The notes under the pieces were generated by a model, which worked only from the letters and a program-made list of their open reading frames with translations, did not search any database and was not told the origin of the DNA. Position numbers and translations under genes: made by a program. A stretch of DNA of 43,571 nt, taken from IMG/VR virus record IMGVR_UViG_3300033513_000021, positions 1 to 43,571 of that record, one strand, 5' to 3'. Source of the DNA: a virus. Its lineage: Duplodnaviria; Caudoviricetes. Of this stretch, positions 1 to 8,371 are shown piece after piece (positions within the stretch are counted from its first letter, which is position 1; each line of letters opens with the position of its first letter).

Positions 1-274
1 ATTTCCGGCAGCATGACGTCGAACTCAAACTGGTCGTAGATCGACGGATCGCCGGAGTTGATGGCGATCTGGTGGGCGACGTCGAGCGTGCGCAGGCCGC
101 CCGCGGCCTGGCTGGCCTTGGCCTGCAGCGCCAGCGGCGAGGTGTCGGTGACCTCGTAATGCCCCTGCGCCTCGCGCAGCCGCGGCGGCATCGGCGGCAG
201 TACCGGACGCCCGTTGACGCGCATGCGCGACAGCAGGTCGATCTCGCGCGGCACCAGGTTGCCGACATATTCCG
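1..274. repeat. Terminal direct repeat, copy 1 (matches 43298..43571; circular/permuted genome overlap)
   Basis: Base-by-base comparison shows a 274-bp match with 7 substitutions (27, 30, 45, 48, 96, 105, 147); 148..274 is identical to the last 127 bp of the window. Confidence 0.95.
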
Positions 275-1538
275 AATGCTGACGGCCGAGCGTCGGCGCC
301 ACCAGCATCGCGCGCTCGTTGATCAGCTCAACGACCTGCGTCGCCGTCATGTTCGGGTTCTGCATCAGCGTCTTGAACAGCGGCGTCAGGAAGAACTGCT
401 CGATCAGCCCACGCTCCTCCAGCATCATTTTCTCGGTAATCTGTAGGTCTCCGGGCTGCAGCGTCAGCACCATAGGCTTGCCGTCTTCCGACACGCCGCC
501 CTTGTTCATGGCGCCGGGGGTTTGGTCGAAACCGATGATGCCGTCGTCCTTGGTCAGGTAGACCGGATCGGCGGCGCGGTGGCCAACCTTGAGGAACATC
601 GCCTTCTCGGCGTTGAGCGTCTTCACGCCCGGCAGCGCCAGCTGCAGCGGCCCCCGGCCGTAGGTTTCGTAGGGGTTCTGGTCGTAACGATCGACCACAT
701 AGGGGAAGGTGTTGTAGCCGCCCTCCTCGGCCATCAGGCACTGGCCCTCGACCGACATGTAGTGCGAGGAGAACGGCTTGCCCTTGGCGTCCATGCGCTC
801 GGGGTCGAATTCGTCGGGGTCGCGCGCCATAACGCAGTGCAAAAACTGGAACGGCGTCTGCAGGTTCTGATCGAGCGCCGGCCGCAGTGTCGCCGGCAGC
901 CGGTCCTCGCCGAACTGCTCGACCGCCTGCTGCGCGGTCTGACGCCACCATCGGATCAGGCCGTTGACGATGCCCTGATGGTTTTCCAGGAAAAACGTCT
1001 GCCCGAGCGGGATGGCGCGATAGCGCAGCCCCGGCTGGCCACGGGTAACGCGCAGGTCCAGCGCGTCGACGAACATCGTCGCGTTGCCGTAGCAGGCCGT
1101 CGACTTCCACTTGCGGAAGTTCTGGCCCTGAAAACCGCTATGGGCGCGGTAGCGGTAGTCGAACAGGATGGCACGCACCTGGTCGAAATACTCCCGCGTG
1201 GCACGGTCCTTCATGACGTAGGCGTCGGATTCAAGCCCGTGCCAGAGCCGGTTGCGCGGCGTGATCATCGAGTCGGCGATGGCACAGAACTGCTGCACGG
1301 CAAGCGCGGTCGACGCGTCGACCTGCTGCTGCGTCTTCTTCATGCCGGGGAAATTGTACGAGCCGTAGTAGAACGTGTTGCGCGAGTCCGGATCGGCGAG
1401 GATAGCCCCCTCCTCCCACTGACCCGCGAATATATTCCTGTAAGTTGTCAATTCCGAAAAGATTTTAGTGATCCGCTGTACGATCGCAGATTCCGCTCCC
1501 GAGATTTGCCTGACGGCAATATTTTTATTATCCGCCAT
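1..1538 (-). CDS. Portal (head-tail connector) protein, N-terminal part; continues across the junction into 43063..43571 (~590 aa in total)
   Basis: Manual translation from ATG 1538: MADNKNIAVRQ...QVDASTALAVQQFCAIADSMITPRNRLW...YGNATMFVD...YGRGPLQLALPGVKTLN...MTATQVVELINERAMLVAPTLGR. YGRGP and MTATxV..R are hallmarks of T7 gp8/BPP-1-type portals. Absent from the ORF track because it runs off the window. Confidence 0.92.
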   Translation of the reverse strand, partial: MADNKNIAVRQISGAESAIVQRITKIFSELTTYRNIFAGQWEEGAILADPDSRNTFYYGSYNFPGMKKTQQQVDASTALAVQQFCAIADSMITPRNRLWHGLESDAYVMKDRATREYFDQVRAILFDYRYRAHSGFQGQNFRKWKSTACYGNATMFVDALDLRVTRGQPGLRYRAIPLGQTFFLENHQGIVNGLIRWWRQTAQQAVEQFGEDRLPATLRPALDQNLQTPFQFLHCVMARDPDEFDPERMDAKGKPFSSHYMSVEGQCLMAEEGGYNTFPYVVDRYDQNPYETYGRGPLQLALPGVKTLNAEKAMFLKVGHRAADPVYLTKDDGIIGFDQTPGAMNKGGVSEDGKPMVLTLQPGDLQITEKMMLEERGLIEQFFLTPLFKTLMQNPNMTATQVVELINERAMLVAPTLGRQHSEYVGNLVPREIDLLSRMRVNGRPVLPPMPPRLREAQGHYEVTDTSPLALQAKASQAAGGLRTLDVAHQIAINSGDPSIYDQFEFDVMLPE

Positions 1539-2010
1539 GTTTTTCCAGATAGGCGACGGCAGCGCGGAGTATATCTTTATTTTCCCGCGAGTGGCCTAAA
1601 ACTCCGTTGCAATGATGACAGAGTAGTTGCCGCACTTTTCCAGTCGAGTGATTATGGTCTATACAGAAGCGCCGTTTGATCGCGGATTGTTCGACATTAC
1701 AGATCGCGCAGCGGCCTCGCTGGGATTCAAACATCAGTTTGTGCTGAGCGCGATCTACTCCGTATCGCCTTTTCGTCTGGGAAGCGCGGATGTATTCACG
1801 TCTTTTCTCTGGATGCTCGGCTAAATATTTTTTGGAATGCAGTCTGCGCTTCTCCCGAAGCTCCGGATCGGCCGCATATTTCGCCTTCATAGCCGCAATT
1901 TTGGCGGCCTTGTTTTTTAAGTAATGTTTCCGACTTGCTCGCTGTTTGGGCGTCAGTCCGTTAAGATCACTGACCAGCACTCGCGCCTCGGTATATGGCG
2001 CAATTTCCAT
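1528..2010 (-). CDS. Endonuclease VII-family (His-Me) homing endonuclease
   Basis: CAIC...IDHNHSTGKVRQLLCHHCNGVLG motif, basic N-terminus, AT-richer than its neighbours. Confidence 0.88.
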   Translation of the reverse strand: MEIAPYTEARVLVSDLNGLTPKQRASRKHYLKNKAAKIAAMKAKYAADPELREKRRLHSKKYLAEHPEKRREYIRASQTKRRYGVDRAQHKLMFESQRGRCAICNVEQSAIKRRFCIDHNHSTGKVRQLLCHHCNGVLGHSRENKDILRAAVAYLEKHGG

Positions 2011-2013
2011 GGT

Positions 2014-2205
2014 TTATCCGCCGAGCGCGGCGCCCCAATTATCGCCCATCATGGCGCTGGCTCCGGGCATGGTGCGCGCGGCCATCATTGCCGCCAGCCG
2101 CTTGCGCCTCTGTTCCTCGGTCTCGCCGGCAACCTGGTCGGCTGGGGACGCGGACATAAGACCGCTCGCGCCCGGCACCGACGAGGACGCACCGGCGGCC
2201 ATCAC
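2014..2205 (-). CDS. Small hypothetical protein upstream of portal
   Basis: 63-aa ORF coupled to the upstream gene by a 4-nt overlap, in the usual pre-portal position. Confidence 0.6.
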   Translation of the reverse strand: MMAAGASSSVPGASGLMSASPADQVAGETEEQRRKRLAAMMAARTMPGASAMMGDNWGAALGG

Positions 2206-2507
2206 GCGGCCTCCTCGGCGCGGCGTTCGTTCGATTCCTTCAATTCCCGCTCCATGCGCTCCAGGTTTGCCGCGTAGTCGGGATCGCCCTTGCCGTATTT
2301 GCGGTAGGACTCGATCGAATTGCGCGTCTGGTTGCCGGCCGAGCCGAGGCCTTGTTCGAGCAGGCGCCCCTTGGATTTACGGGCATCGTGGCCGAAGACG
2401 TTGCGGGCTTCTTCCTCGCGGTATTTCTTGATGGCGTCGGGCGGCAGCGCGCCGAGCTCGATCTGATGGCGCATTTCCGCGATTTCTTCCTGGGTCTTGG
2501 TGACCAT
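2202..2507 (-). CDS. Hypothetical protein (101 aa, MVTKTQEE...)
   Basis: GAGG RBS before ATG 2507; lies just downstream of the GTGCGTTGCGG motif. Confidence 0.65.
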   Translation of the reverse strand: MVTKTQEEIAEMRHQIELGALPPDAIKKYREEEARNVFGHDARKSKGRLLEQGLGSAGNQTRNSIESYRKYGKGDPDYAANLERMERELKESNERRAEEAA

Positions 2508-2558
2508 GATCTGCCTCGAAATTGTGGACGTTTGGACCATCGGCGGCGGCAAAAACTG

Positions 2559-2570
2559 CCGCAACGCACT
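2559..2570 (-). promoter_or_regulatory. Putative late promoter element AGTGCGTTGCGG (copy 1)
   Basis: Identical 12-mer at 24692 and 36147 and related copies at 6705 and 40542; all at gene boundaries or intergenic, on the minus strand. Confidence 0.65.
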
Positions 2571-4126
2571 TACGCGCCAGCAAATACGTCGATATCGCCG
2601 GCGGCGTGATTGGGTGAACCGCGGGCATAGCGGGCTTCCGGGCCGCGCGCACGGGGGTCAATACCGGGAAAATTAACCGTCGTCTTGGCGTTGCGGATGT
2701 CCATGCACAGCCCGCGGATGGCCGACAACAGATCGTCATCGATCTTGTTCACCAGCCCATTGACGCGGTGGTAGCCGAGATATTCGTCGAACACGATCTG
2801 CAGATGGCTGGCGATCAGCAGCCGTTTCTCGGCAAAGCGGTGCTCCATGTCGGAAATCCCGCTCTCGAAGTCAAAACCGCCGTCCGGAAACGTCGCGTGG
2901 CGGCCGTTCATCATCAGCCCGAGCTTGCGGTAGGTCTGCGCGATGGTCTCTCCGGAGATGAGGCTGCCGCCGCGCCCGCCGTCGTGCGGCCAGGACACCG
3001 GCGCCCCGCGCATCGGATGCTCGCGGATGGCGGCGACATGGCCAGGCGCAAGCCCCATCATTCGCACCGCATGCATGACGTAGATCGTATTTGAGTCTCG
3101 GTCCCAGCAGCCGAGCACGGCGGCGAAAGGATGGCCGGTCGAGGCTGAGCCGGAATGGCGGAAGTCGACGGCCCACAGCCAGGGCCAGTAGGGCGGCACG
3201 TCGGCAAGCGTGAGATTGTGCTTGATCTCGCCGACCGGCGTCTCGAAGACCGCGCCCTCGCCCTGCATGTCGGCGCCGTAAATGCGGGTCGCAACCTCGT
3301 GTGCCCGGTATTTCGACTTTATGACTTCGAGATCCTCGTCGGGGATATGTCCGCCGTTCGATACCAGCGCGTCCTCGATCGTCATCAGCACTTCGGCGGT
3401 GCCGGGCATCTGCTGCTTATAGCGCCGGCGGATCGGCGTCAGCCCGAGGAGCGGCGTCATCGTCACCATGATGATGCCGCGGGTAGTCGTGGTGCGGGCC
3501 TGGCACTCTCCGTAAATCGCCTCGTTGGTCTCGCCCTTGACGTCTTCGTCGAGTGAGATGACGTCGCAGGCTTCACCCTCGAATGCCTGCCGCCCCTGTT
3601 CGTAGGTCTTGAACCGGATCAGCGCTTTGCCGCCATCCTCGCGCCGGATCGTCACCGTGTCGACAAAATCGGCGATGCCGCGGGCCATGGCCGGCTTGCC
3701 GACAATCATGTCGAGCGGGATCATGCCAGTTCCGAGCCCGTCGGCATCCATAAGGTTGCCGAGGAGCTTGGTCTGCATGCCGTCGCGGACCTTCTGCGCC
3801 GACGGCGCGGCGGACCAGGCGAGGAAGTCAAACGGCCGCTCGATCTTCGGCTTAACCAGGAACTGCCGCCCCTTGAACCAGCCGGGATACCATTGCGTGG
3901 CATGGATGGCGAGCTCGGCCGCCGCGGCGTGCGTCTTGCCCTCCTGATTTCCGGCCCGCAGCATGCGCTCGGCGATCGGAAGGTTGTGGAATTCGAGCTG
4001 CTTGCGGTTTGGCTTATAGTAATCGAGCCGGCGGTATTTCTGGCGATATTGCATTTCCGTGAACATGCGCTTGGCATGCTTGCGCACATCGTTCGGATCG
4101 GGGCCTTGCTCAATCTCTTCGGTCAT
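2570..4126 (-). CDS. terL: Terminase large subunit
   Basis: Walker A-like AGNQEGKT, Walker B-like VISLDED, MTP coupling motif, nuclease AVDF...WPHDG...DDLLSA; P22 gp2-like layout. Confidence 0.95.
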   Translation of the reverse strand: MTEEIEQGPDPNDVRKHAKRMFTEMQYRQKYRRLDYYKPNRKQLEFHNLPIAERMLRAGNQEGKTHAAAAELAIHATQWYPGWFKGRQFLVKPKIERPFDFLAWSAAPSAQKVRDGMQTKLLGNLMDADGLGTGMIPLDMIVGKPAMARGIADFVDTVTIRREDGGKALIRFKTYEQGRQAFEGEACDVISLDEDVKGETNEAIYGECQARTTTTRGIIMVTMTPLLGLTPIRRRYKQQMPGTAEVLMTIEDALVSNGGHIPDEDLEVIKSKYRAHEVATRIYGADMQGEGAVFETPVGEIKHNLTLADVPPYWPWLWAVDFRHSGSASTGHPFAAVLGCWDRDSNTIYVMHAVRMMGLAPGHVAAIREHPMRGAPVSWPHDGGRGGSLISGETIAQTYRKLGLMMNGRHATFPDGGFDFESGISDMEHRFAEKRLLIASHLQIVFDEYLGYHRVNGLVNKIDDDLLSAIRGLCMDIRNAKTTVNFPGIDPRARGPEARYARGSPNHAAGDIDVFAGA

Positions 4127-4183
4127 GCCATTCTCGTTGGCTTGGAGCCCGGCGCATCGCTGCCCGATCTCCTTTCCTGACTT

Positions 4184-4210
4184 GACCCCTGCCGCGAGGC
4201 AGGGGTTCTT
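4184..4210 (+). terminator. GC hairpin with GNRA loop and short T tail (antisense-oriented terminator or RNA stem)
   Basis: ACCCCTGCC-GCGA-GGCAGGGGT followed by TCTTT. Confidence 0.5.
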
Positions 4211-4214
4211 TCGT

Positions 4215-4304
4215 TCACCACTTCATCAACGCAAGCCACGCCAGGGAAAGCCAGACCGCGATCAGCACGACAAAAAAGACATGGCGGCGGCTAAATTGTT
4301 TCAC
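4215..4304 (-). CDS. 29-aa single-TM peptide (MKQFSRRHVFFVVLIAVWLSLAWLALMKW)
   Basis: GTG start overlaps the upstream stop (GTGA); hydrophobic helix; manually translated. Confidence 0.5.
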   Translation of the reverse strand: MKQFSRRHVFFVVLIAVWLSLAWLALMKW

Positions 4305-4534
4305 GGGATTGCTTCACGGCGCTCCACGTCCGCCGGCACCTCGACGTCGAAAGTAACTCCGCAGACATGCAGTTGCTCATCTGGCGGCCCCTCGACGCCG
4401 AGTAGCCTGCGCAGGCGCAGGAACTCGCCGAGCGGCAGCGTGACGACCATGCCATCGGTCTCGATGCCAAACTTCATCAATTGAGACCGGAAACGATGGA
4501 CGGCTAAGGGTAAATCCAGGTCGGCGCGGTTCAT
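4301..4534 (-). CDS. Hypothetical protein
   Basis: 77-aa ORF in a chain of 4-nt-overlapping genes between TerS and TerL. Confidence 0.6.
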   Translation of the reverse strand: MNRADLDLPLAVHRFRSQLMKFGIETDGMVVTLPLGEFLRLRRLLGVEGPPDEQLHVCGVTFDVEVPADVERREAIP

Positions 4535-4701
4535 GATTTCCTCGGCAGCGCTTCCTGCCGCTCGACGATGACGTCCGGAAGTTCCCGCGCGATCGCGGCG
4601 CGGAGCTCCTCATCCCGGTATTGCGCGTCGCTCAGATAGAGATGCAATCCGTCGATGATGGTGGCCCCTCGCAGCTTTTCGCTCCAGTGGGGATCGCTCA
4701 T
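4531..4701 (-). CDS. Hypothetical protein (56 aa, MSDPHWSEKL...)
   Basis: Manually translated; ATGA overlaps at both ends. Confidence 0.5.
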   Translation of the reverse strand: MSDPHWSEKLRGATIIDGLHLYLSDAQYRDEELRAAIARELPDVIVERQEALPRKS

Positions 4702-4955
4702 CCTTCCTCTCCCGGCAAGAGTTCACGCCATTCATCATCAGGACAAACACAGATAAACGTGCCTCCGGCGTGCATCACCATATCGCCAATCTGGTACGTC
4801 TTCCCCTGAACCCATTTGTCAAACGCATAACAGTCCGTGATCGATGCCATCGACGGCGAAGCTCCATAGGCAGCAATCTGCTCCACAGGAATGCCGACGG
4901 CGAGCGCCCCGACCGCAGCCGCGCTGCCGAGCAGGAACTGGCGACGTCCGATCAT
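4698..4955 (-). CDS. Small protein with twin-arginine-like N-terminus and CBM5/12-like C-terminal motif
   Basis: GRRQFLLGSAAAVGALA followed later by WVQGKTYQIGDMVMHAGGTFIC. Confidence 0.6.
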   Translation of the reverse strand: MIGRRQFLLGSAAAVGALAVGIPVEQIAAYGASPSMASITDCYAFDKWVQGKTYQIGDMVMHAGGTFICVCPDDEWRELLPGEEG

Positions 4956-5512
4956 GTTTCCCCTCCCGGTTCATGCTCGATCAGCTTGGCCTGGCTGGCC
5001 AGCATGCGCTCGTAGCGCTCCAGCCCCGACACCCCGAATACCTCCTCCAGCTTCGCCCGCGAGGCGCCGAGCGCCATCAGCTGCTTGAGATCCTCCAGCG
5101 CGGAATCCGTGTGGTTGAGCGTCACCGACCCCGACACATTGACGTTGACCTGCTCCCCATGCCCCGAACGCGACAGCACCATCTCGATCGCCTTGTCGTG
5201 CTTGGGGTGCTTGGGATTGTCCAGCAGCGCCTCCAGCCGCAGCACCGCCTTCGGCGCCAGCGAAAACAGATACCGCGTCGTCAGCGCCCGGATCGCCTCC
5301 TGGACCTCATCGTCCTGGAGCAGCCGGAACCCCATCACCTTGTCGCCACCGGATACCGCCGAGTACCCGGCAAACCGCGCCGCCAAGGCCGCATTCGCCC
5401 CGTTAAACACATACCCCCACACAAACTGCCGCCGCCGCTCGTTCTTCATGTCCCGAATTGCTGGCGGCAAGTCGGAAAGTGCAGGCATTAGAGGGATTTC
5501 AGTGGATTCCAT
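4952..5512 (-). CDS. terS: Terminase small subunit
   Basis: RRRQFVWGYVFNGANAALAARFAGYS HTH motif typical of TerS; upstream of TerL. Confidence 0.8.
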   Translation of the reverse strand: MESTEIPLMPALSDLPPAIRDMKNERRRQFVWGYVFNGANAALAARFAGYSAVSGGDKVMGFRLLQDDEVQEAIRALTTRYLFSLAPKAVLRLEALLDNPKHPKHDKAIEMVLSRSGHGEQVNVNVSGSVTLNHTDSALEDLKQLMALGASRAKLEEVFGVSGLERYERMLASQAKLIEHEPGGET

Positions 5513-6763
5513 GCCGGCAAGTTAGCATGAATTTGTTCCGCCGCAATGTGGCAGATCGGCAACGGTGCAAAAGCCCAATTGCGGCCCGTCCCGACGGCTT
5601 GACGAGATGCCGAGCGAAAGGTTTGACCGCGAGCGGGAACGGTCCAAGGCACCTGCCGTAAATGCAGCGATGTGCCTTATCCTGGGTCTAACGGCACACC
5701 AACACCCTCTGACCCTGGACGGGGCATTCCCAGGAAGGGAACTCGCTACAAATGCAGGAACGGGGCCACCCGCACGCTACGGCAATGCTGAGCGGCCCCG
5801 CCAGAAACTACAAATGTGCTGCGATTTGCCAGGACAGAAACAGCCACCCTCCAAGCCACTACAGATTAGTAGTGCTACTCAGCACAGTCAATGTGCAAAA
5901 TTATCGTCTAAAGTAGATTACATTTCAATAGCTTATTGATGTTTTGCCAAAAACGGGCTCAAATTATGTACGCGGCTATGCATCGGAAATTTCCGGAAAA
6001 ATCCGGATGAGTTGATTTATAAGTCAACAGCAGGACTAACGTGCTGTTTATGCAACACTATTTGCCAGGACCGGCGCGAAAGTGGATTGAGATATCGGAA
6101 AATCGGAGTGGCAGATTTTTCCCCCACCGGCCCCTCATCTGAAAAAGGGGACCCAACGGTTTGTTCTAAACCGTTTGCATATGAGTAATATGCAGCAAGA
6201 TCAACACGTTGCTGGATTGCATGGAGCTTGGCTGCTCAAGCGTGCTGCATTTAACCTGCATCTGTTCCGAGATGTTCGTTTGTGCGCAAATGATGCCGGT
6301 TAGCGCATGTTTGTGCATAATGAGATCATTCCGCACCCTTTTCCTACTCTAATTCCGCTTATCTTTTGTGTTCGTAATCGGTGCATGTCTGTGCAATCTG
6401 GTGCATATCCGTAGCTCATTACAGCAGCTTATGCAGGATCATTACGCCTGCTTATCCCTCATCATCGCTGCTTATCGGCAGTCCATCTGCATGGCTGCTC
6501 GGTCGCCGGCTTGCTGGTGTCGCTGCCGAGCTCGTCGCTGCTTGTGAGGCTTGCGCTTGTTGCGCTCACATCCTTGCGCGTTGCGCTTCGTCGTGGTCCT
6601 CGGCGGCGCTGCCGCCTGTGGACGGTCTTCTTCCTTATCGGAAGAAGGCGTGTGCGCGGGCGCGATGCGGGACGCGCGAGGACAGTCGATATTTTTTATT
6701 TCGGCCGCAACGCACAGGCTCAAATCCCTTGTAATCGCAAAACAGCTGTTTTACGTTTGTCAA
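5513..6763. other. ~1.25-kb non-coding region at the late/early divergence; candidate packaging/terminus region
   Basis: No credible ORF; lower GC; several palindromes (6011-6028, 6155-6175, 6176-6194); 12-bp direct repeat ATTTGCCAGGAC (5824, 6060). Confidence 0.55.
6705..6715 (-). promoter_or_regulatory. Putative late promoter element GTGCGTTGCGG (copy 2, pointing toward TerS)
   Basis: 11-bp match to the other copies. Confidence 0.6.
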
Positions 6764-7075
6764 ATGCCGTCGGTTGACGTCGAGGCTAGGCGAGCCGCAT
6801 TAGCGCTGTTGATGCGAGGCAAGATCACCGTCGCCGAGGCTCGTCTATTGGCCGGTGTATCGCGGCAGTTGATGCACTACTGGATAGAGCGCGCCGGCAT
6901 CAACCCGGCTCGTGTACGGCATACGATCATCAAGGACATATGGCGCAGGGAGCTTAAACATGGCGCGAAACTGGTCGAGGAGGAAAGCAAGCGATCAGGC
7001 TCATCAGGCAAGGATCGAAGAGCGGCAGATCATGAACGAGTTGGCGCGCGACGAGCCGCAGCCCTCGAAAGATGA
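6764..7075 (+). CDS. Putative HTH DNA-binding protein
   Basis: ITVAEARLLAGVSRQLMHYW helix-turn-helix pattern; start re-called at ATG 6764. Confidence 0.6.
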   Translation: MPSVDVEARRAALALLMRGKITVAEARLLAGVSRQLMHYWIERAGINPARVRHTIIKDIWRRELKHGAKLVEEESKRSGSSGKDRRAADHERVGARRAAALER

Positions 7076-7259
7076 ACTGCGCGCGCAAGCTGCCGCAGCG
7101 CTGGCGAACTATCGCGGGCCGATTCGCCGGCTGCCGATGTATACCGCATTACGCTGCCGGTCCTGCGGCCATCGCGGTACCGCGCGTGTGGCGCCCGGCT
7201 CGAATCCGCGCTTTCGCTGCTCTGCGTGCGGCTCGTCGCTCGTCACTTGGCATCTCTAA
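6960..7259 (+). CDS. Zinc-ribbon protein
   Basis: CRSC...CSAC pair; GGAG RBS before ATG 6960. Confidence 0.6.
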   Translation: MARNWSRRKASDQAHQARIEERQIMNELARDEPQPSKDELRAQAAAALANYRGPIRRLPMYTALRCRSCGHRGTARVAPGSNPRFRCSACGSSLVTWHL

Positions 7260-7401
7260 TCCCTTATGATGGTCTCGCGGCCTTATGCTGCATACGCAAT
7301 AATATTGCACACTTTGGTGTTGACAGACTATGCCATCTTGGCGTAGACATATTGTCGTAGTCAACGCGGGTTGCCGCCCGCACAACAGCGAGGATCAGCA
7401 A

Positions 7402-7509
7402 ATGACCGACGACTTCAAATCCCAGCTCTTTGTCTATGCCGCGGTTGTGATTGCCGTGCTTGCGCTCGCATTCGTCGCCGGCGTGTTCGGCGTAATGCAT
7501 CCGGTTTGA
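7402..7509 (+). CDS. 35-aa single-TM peptide
   Basis: GAGGA RBS; MTDDFKSQLFVYAAVVIAVLALAFVAGVFGVMHPV. Confidence 0.6.
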   Translation: MTDDFKSQLFVYAAVVIAVLALAFVAGVFGVMHPV

Positions 7510-7593
7510 TCGCAGCCCATGCCCATGGTCCGCCGTGGGCATGATCTGCGATCCAGCTGCGGCCATGCCGGCCGAAAACAGCGAGGAATGAAC

Positions 7594-7995
7594 ATGACCC
7601 GTCGACCATCCGCAGCTTATCGAAATTGGGCTAAACGCATGACCAATCTGCCTGCACCTCCTTATTCGCCTTCGGTTGAATTCGGCGGTCACACTCAGAA
7701 CGAATTCAATGTTGCCTTGCAATCCTTCTATGGGGGATGCCAGCGCATTTCGAATGACTACTATGCCAAGAACTTCCCGAATAATCCGCCCGGAGCGTGG
7801 GAATTGCAGCGGCTGCAAAAGCGCATTCGCATCGTGCACGATCATTCGGTGCACTGCTTTGTCGATATGGCGACCGGCGACGTGCTGAAAGCGGCCGGTT
7901 ACAAAGCGCCGGCGAAGCACGCGCGCGGCAACATTTATGACGAGAAAAACGGCCTCGGCAGCATGGGTCCTTACGGTCCCGCATATCTGAGGTGA
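7594..7995 (+). CDS. Conserved early phage protein of unknown function
   Basis: SVHCFVDMATGDVLKAAGYKAPAKHARGNI motif, which I recognise from many phage hypothetical proteins; GAGGA RBS. Confidence 0.75.
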   Translation: MTRRPSAAYRNWAKRMTNLPAPPYSPSVEFGGHTQNEFNVALQSFYGGCQRISNDYYAKNFPNNPPGAWELQRLQKRIRIVHDHSVHCFVDMATGDVLKAAGYKAPAKHARGNIYDEKNGLGSMGPYGPAYLR

Positions 7996-7998
7996 GCC

Positions 7999-8109
7999 AT
8001 GCGTTACGTCGTATTTGCGTGTGAGCTGCTGCTGGAAGCCGTGGCGCTTGTCTCGTTCTGCCTGTTCATCGCCGTGGCATTCGGCTGGTGGAACGGGATA
8101 ATCCAATGA
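7999..8109 (+). CDS. 36-aa single-TM peptide
   Basis: GAGGT RBS; MRYVVFACELLLEAVALVSFCLFIAVAFGWWNGIIQ. Confidence 0.55.
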   Translation: MRYVVFACELLLEAVALVSFCLFIAVAFGWWNGIIQ

Positions 8110-8191
8110 ACAAGCGGGGACGGGCATGCCGGCCCGTCCCCTGTCACCGCCGGCTCGCAAGGGCCAGCGAGGCCACCCAGGAGCGCATGCG

Positions 8192-8371
8192 ATGACAACC
8201 CAAGACTATTTGGACCTGCTCGAGCAGCTCGAACTCACGCCAGCAAGTCAGAAAACCGCCAAAACGATCGGCCTCGGTCTGCGCCAGTGCCAGCGTATTG
8301 CCGCTGGCCAGTCGCGGGTGCCGAAAGCCGTGGCCAAGCTGCTCAGGCTGTTGGTCGAGAAGACTTCTTAG
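8192..8371 (+). CDS. Small HTH protein
   Basis: AGGAG RBS; TAKTIGLGLRQCQRIAAGQSRVPKAVAKLLRL HTH-like pattern. Confidence 0.65.
   Translation: MTTQDYLDLLEQLELTPASQKTAKTIGLGLRQCQRIAAGQSRVPKAVAKLLRLLVEKTS

Noticed and set aside
72-1679. Long ORFs 522..1679 (+), 328..1110 (-) and 72..446 (+)
   Set aside because: Shadow frames of the GC3-rich portal gene, whose real frame starts at 1538 on the minus strand.
5565-5939. 124-aa ORF in the non-coding region
   Set aside because: No RBS, atypical composition and no motif; lies in a palindrome-rich regulatory region.
6309-6338. dif-like sequence TTTGTGCATAATGAGATCATTCCGCAC
   Set aside because: Only the XerC-like half resembles dif; there is no TTATGTTAAA-like XerD arm.
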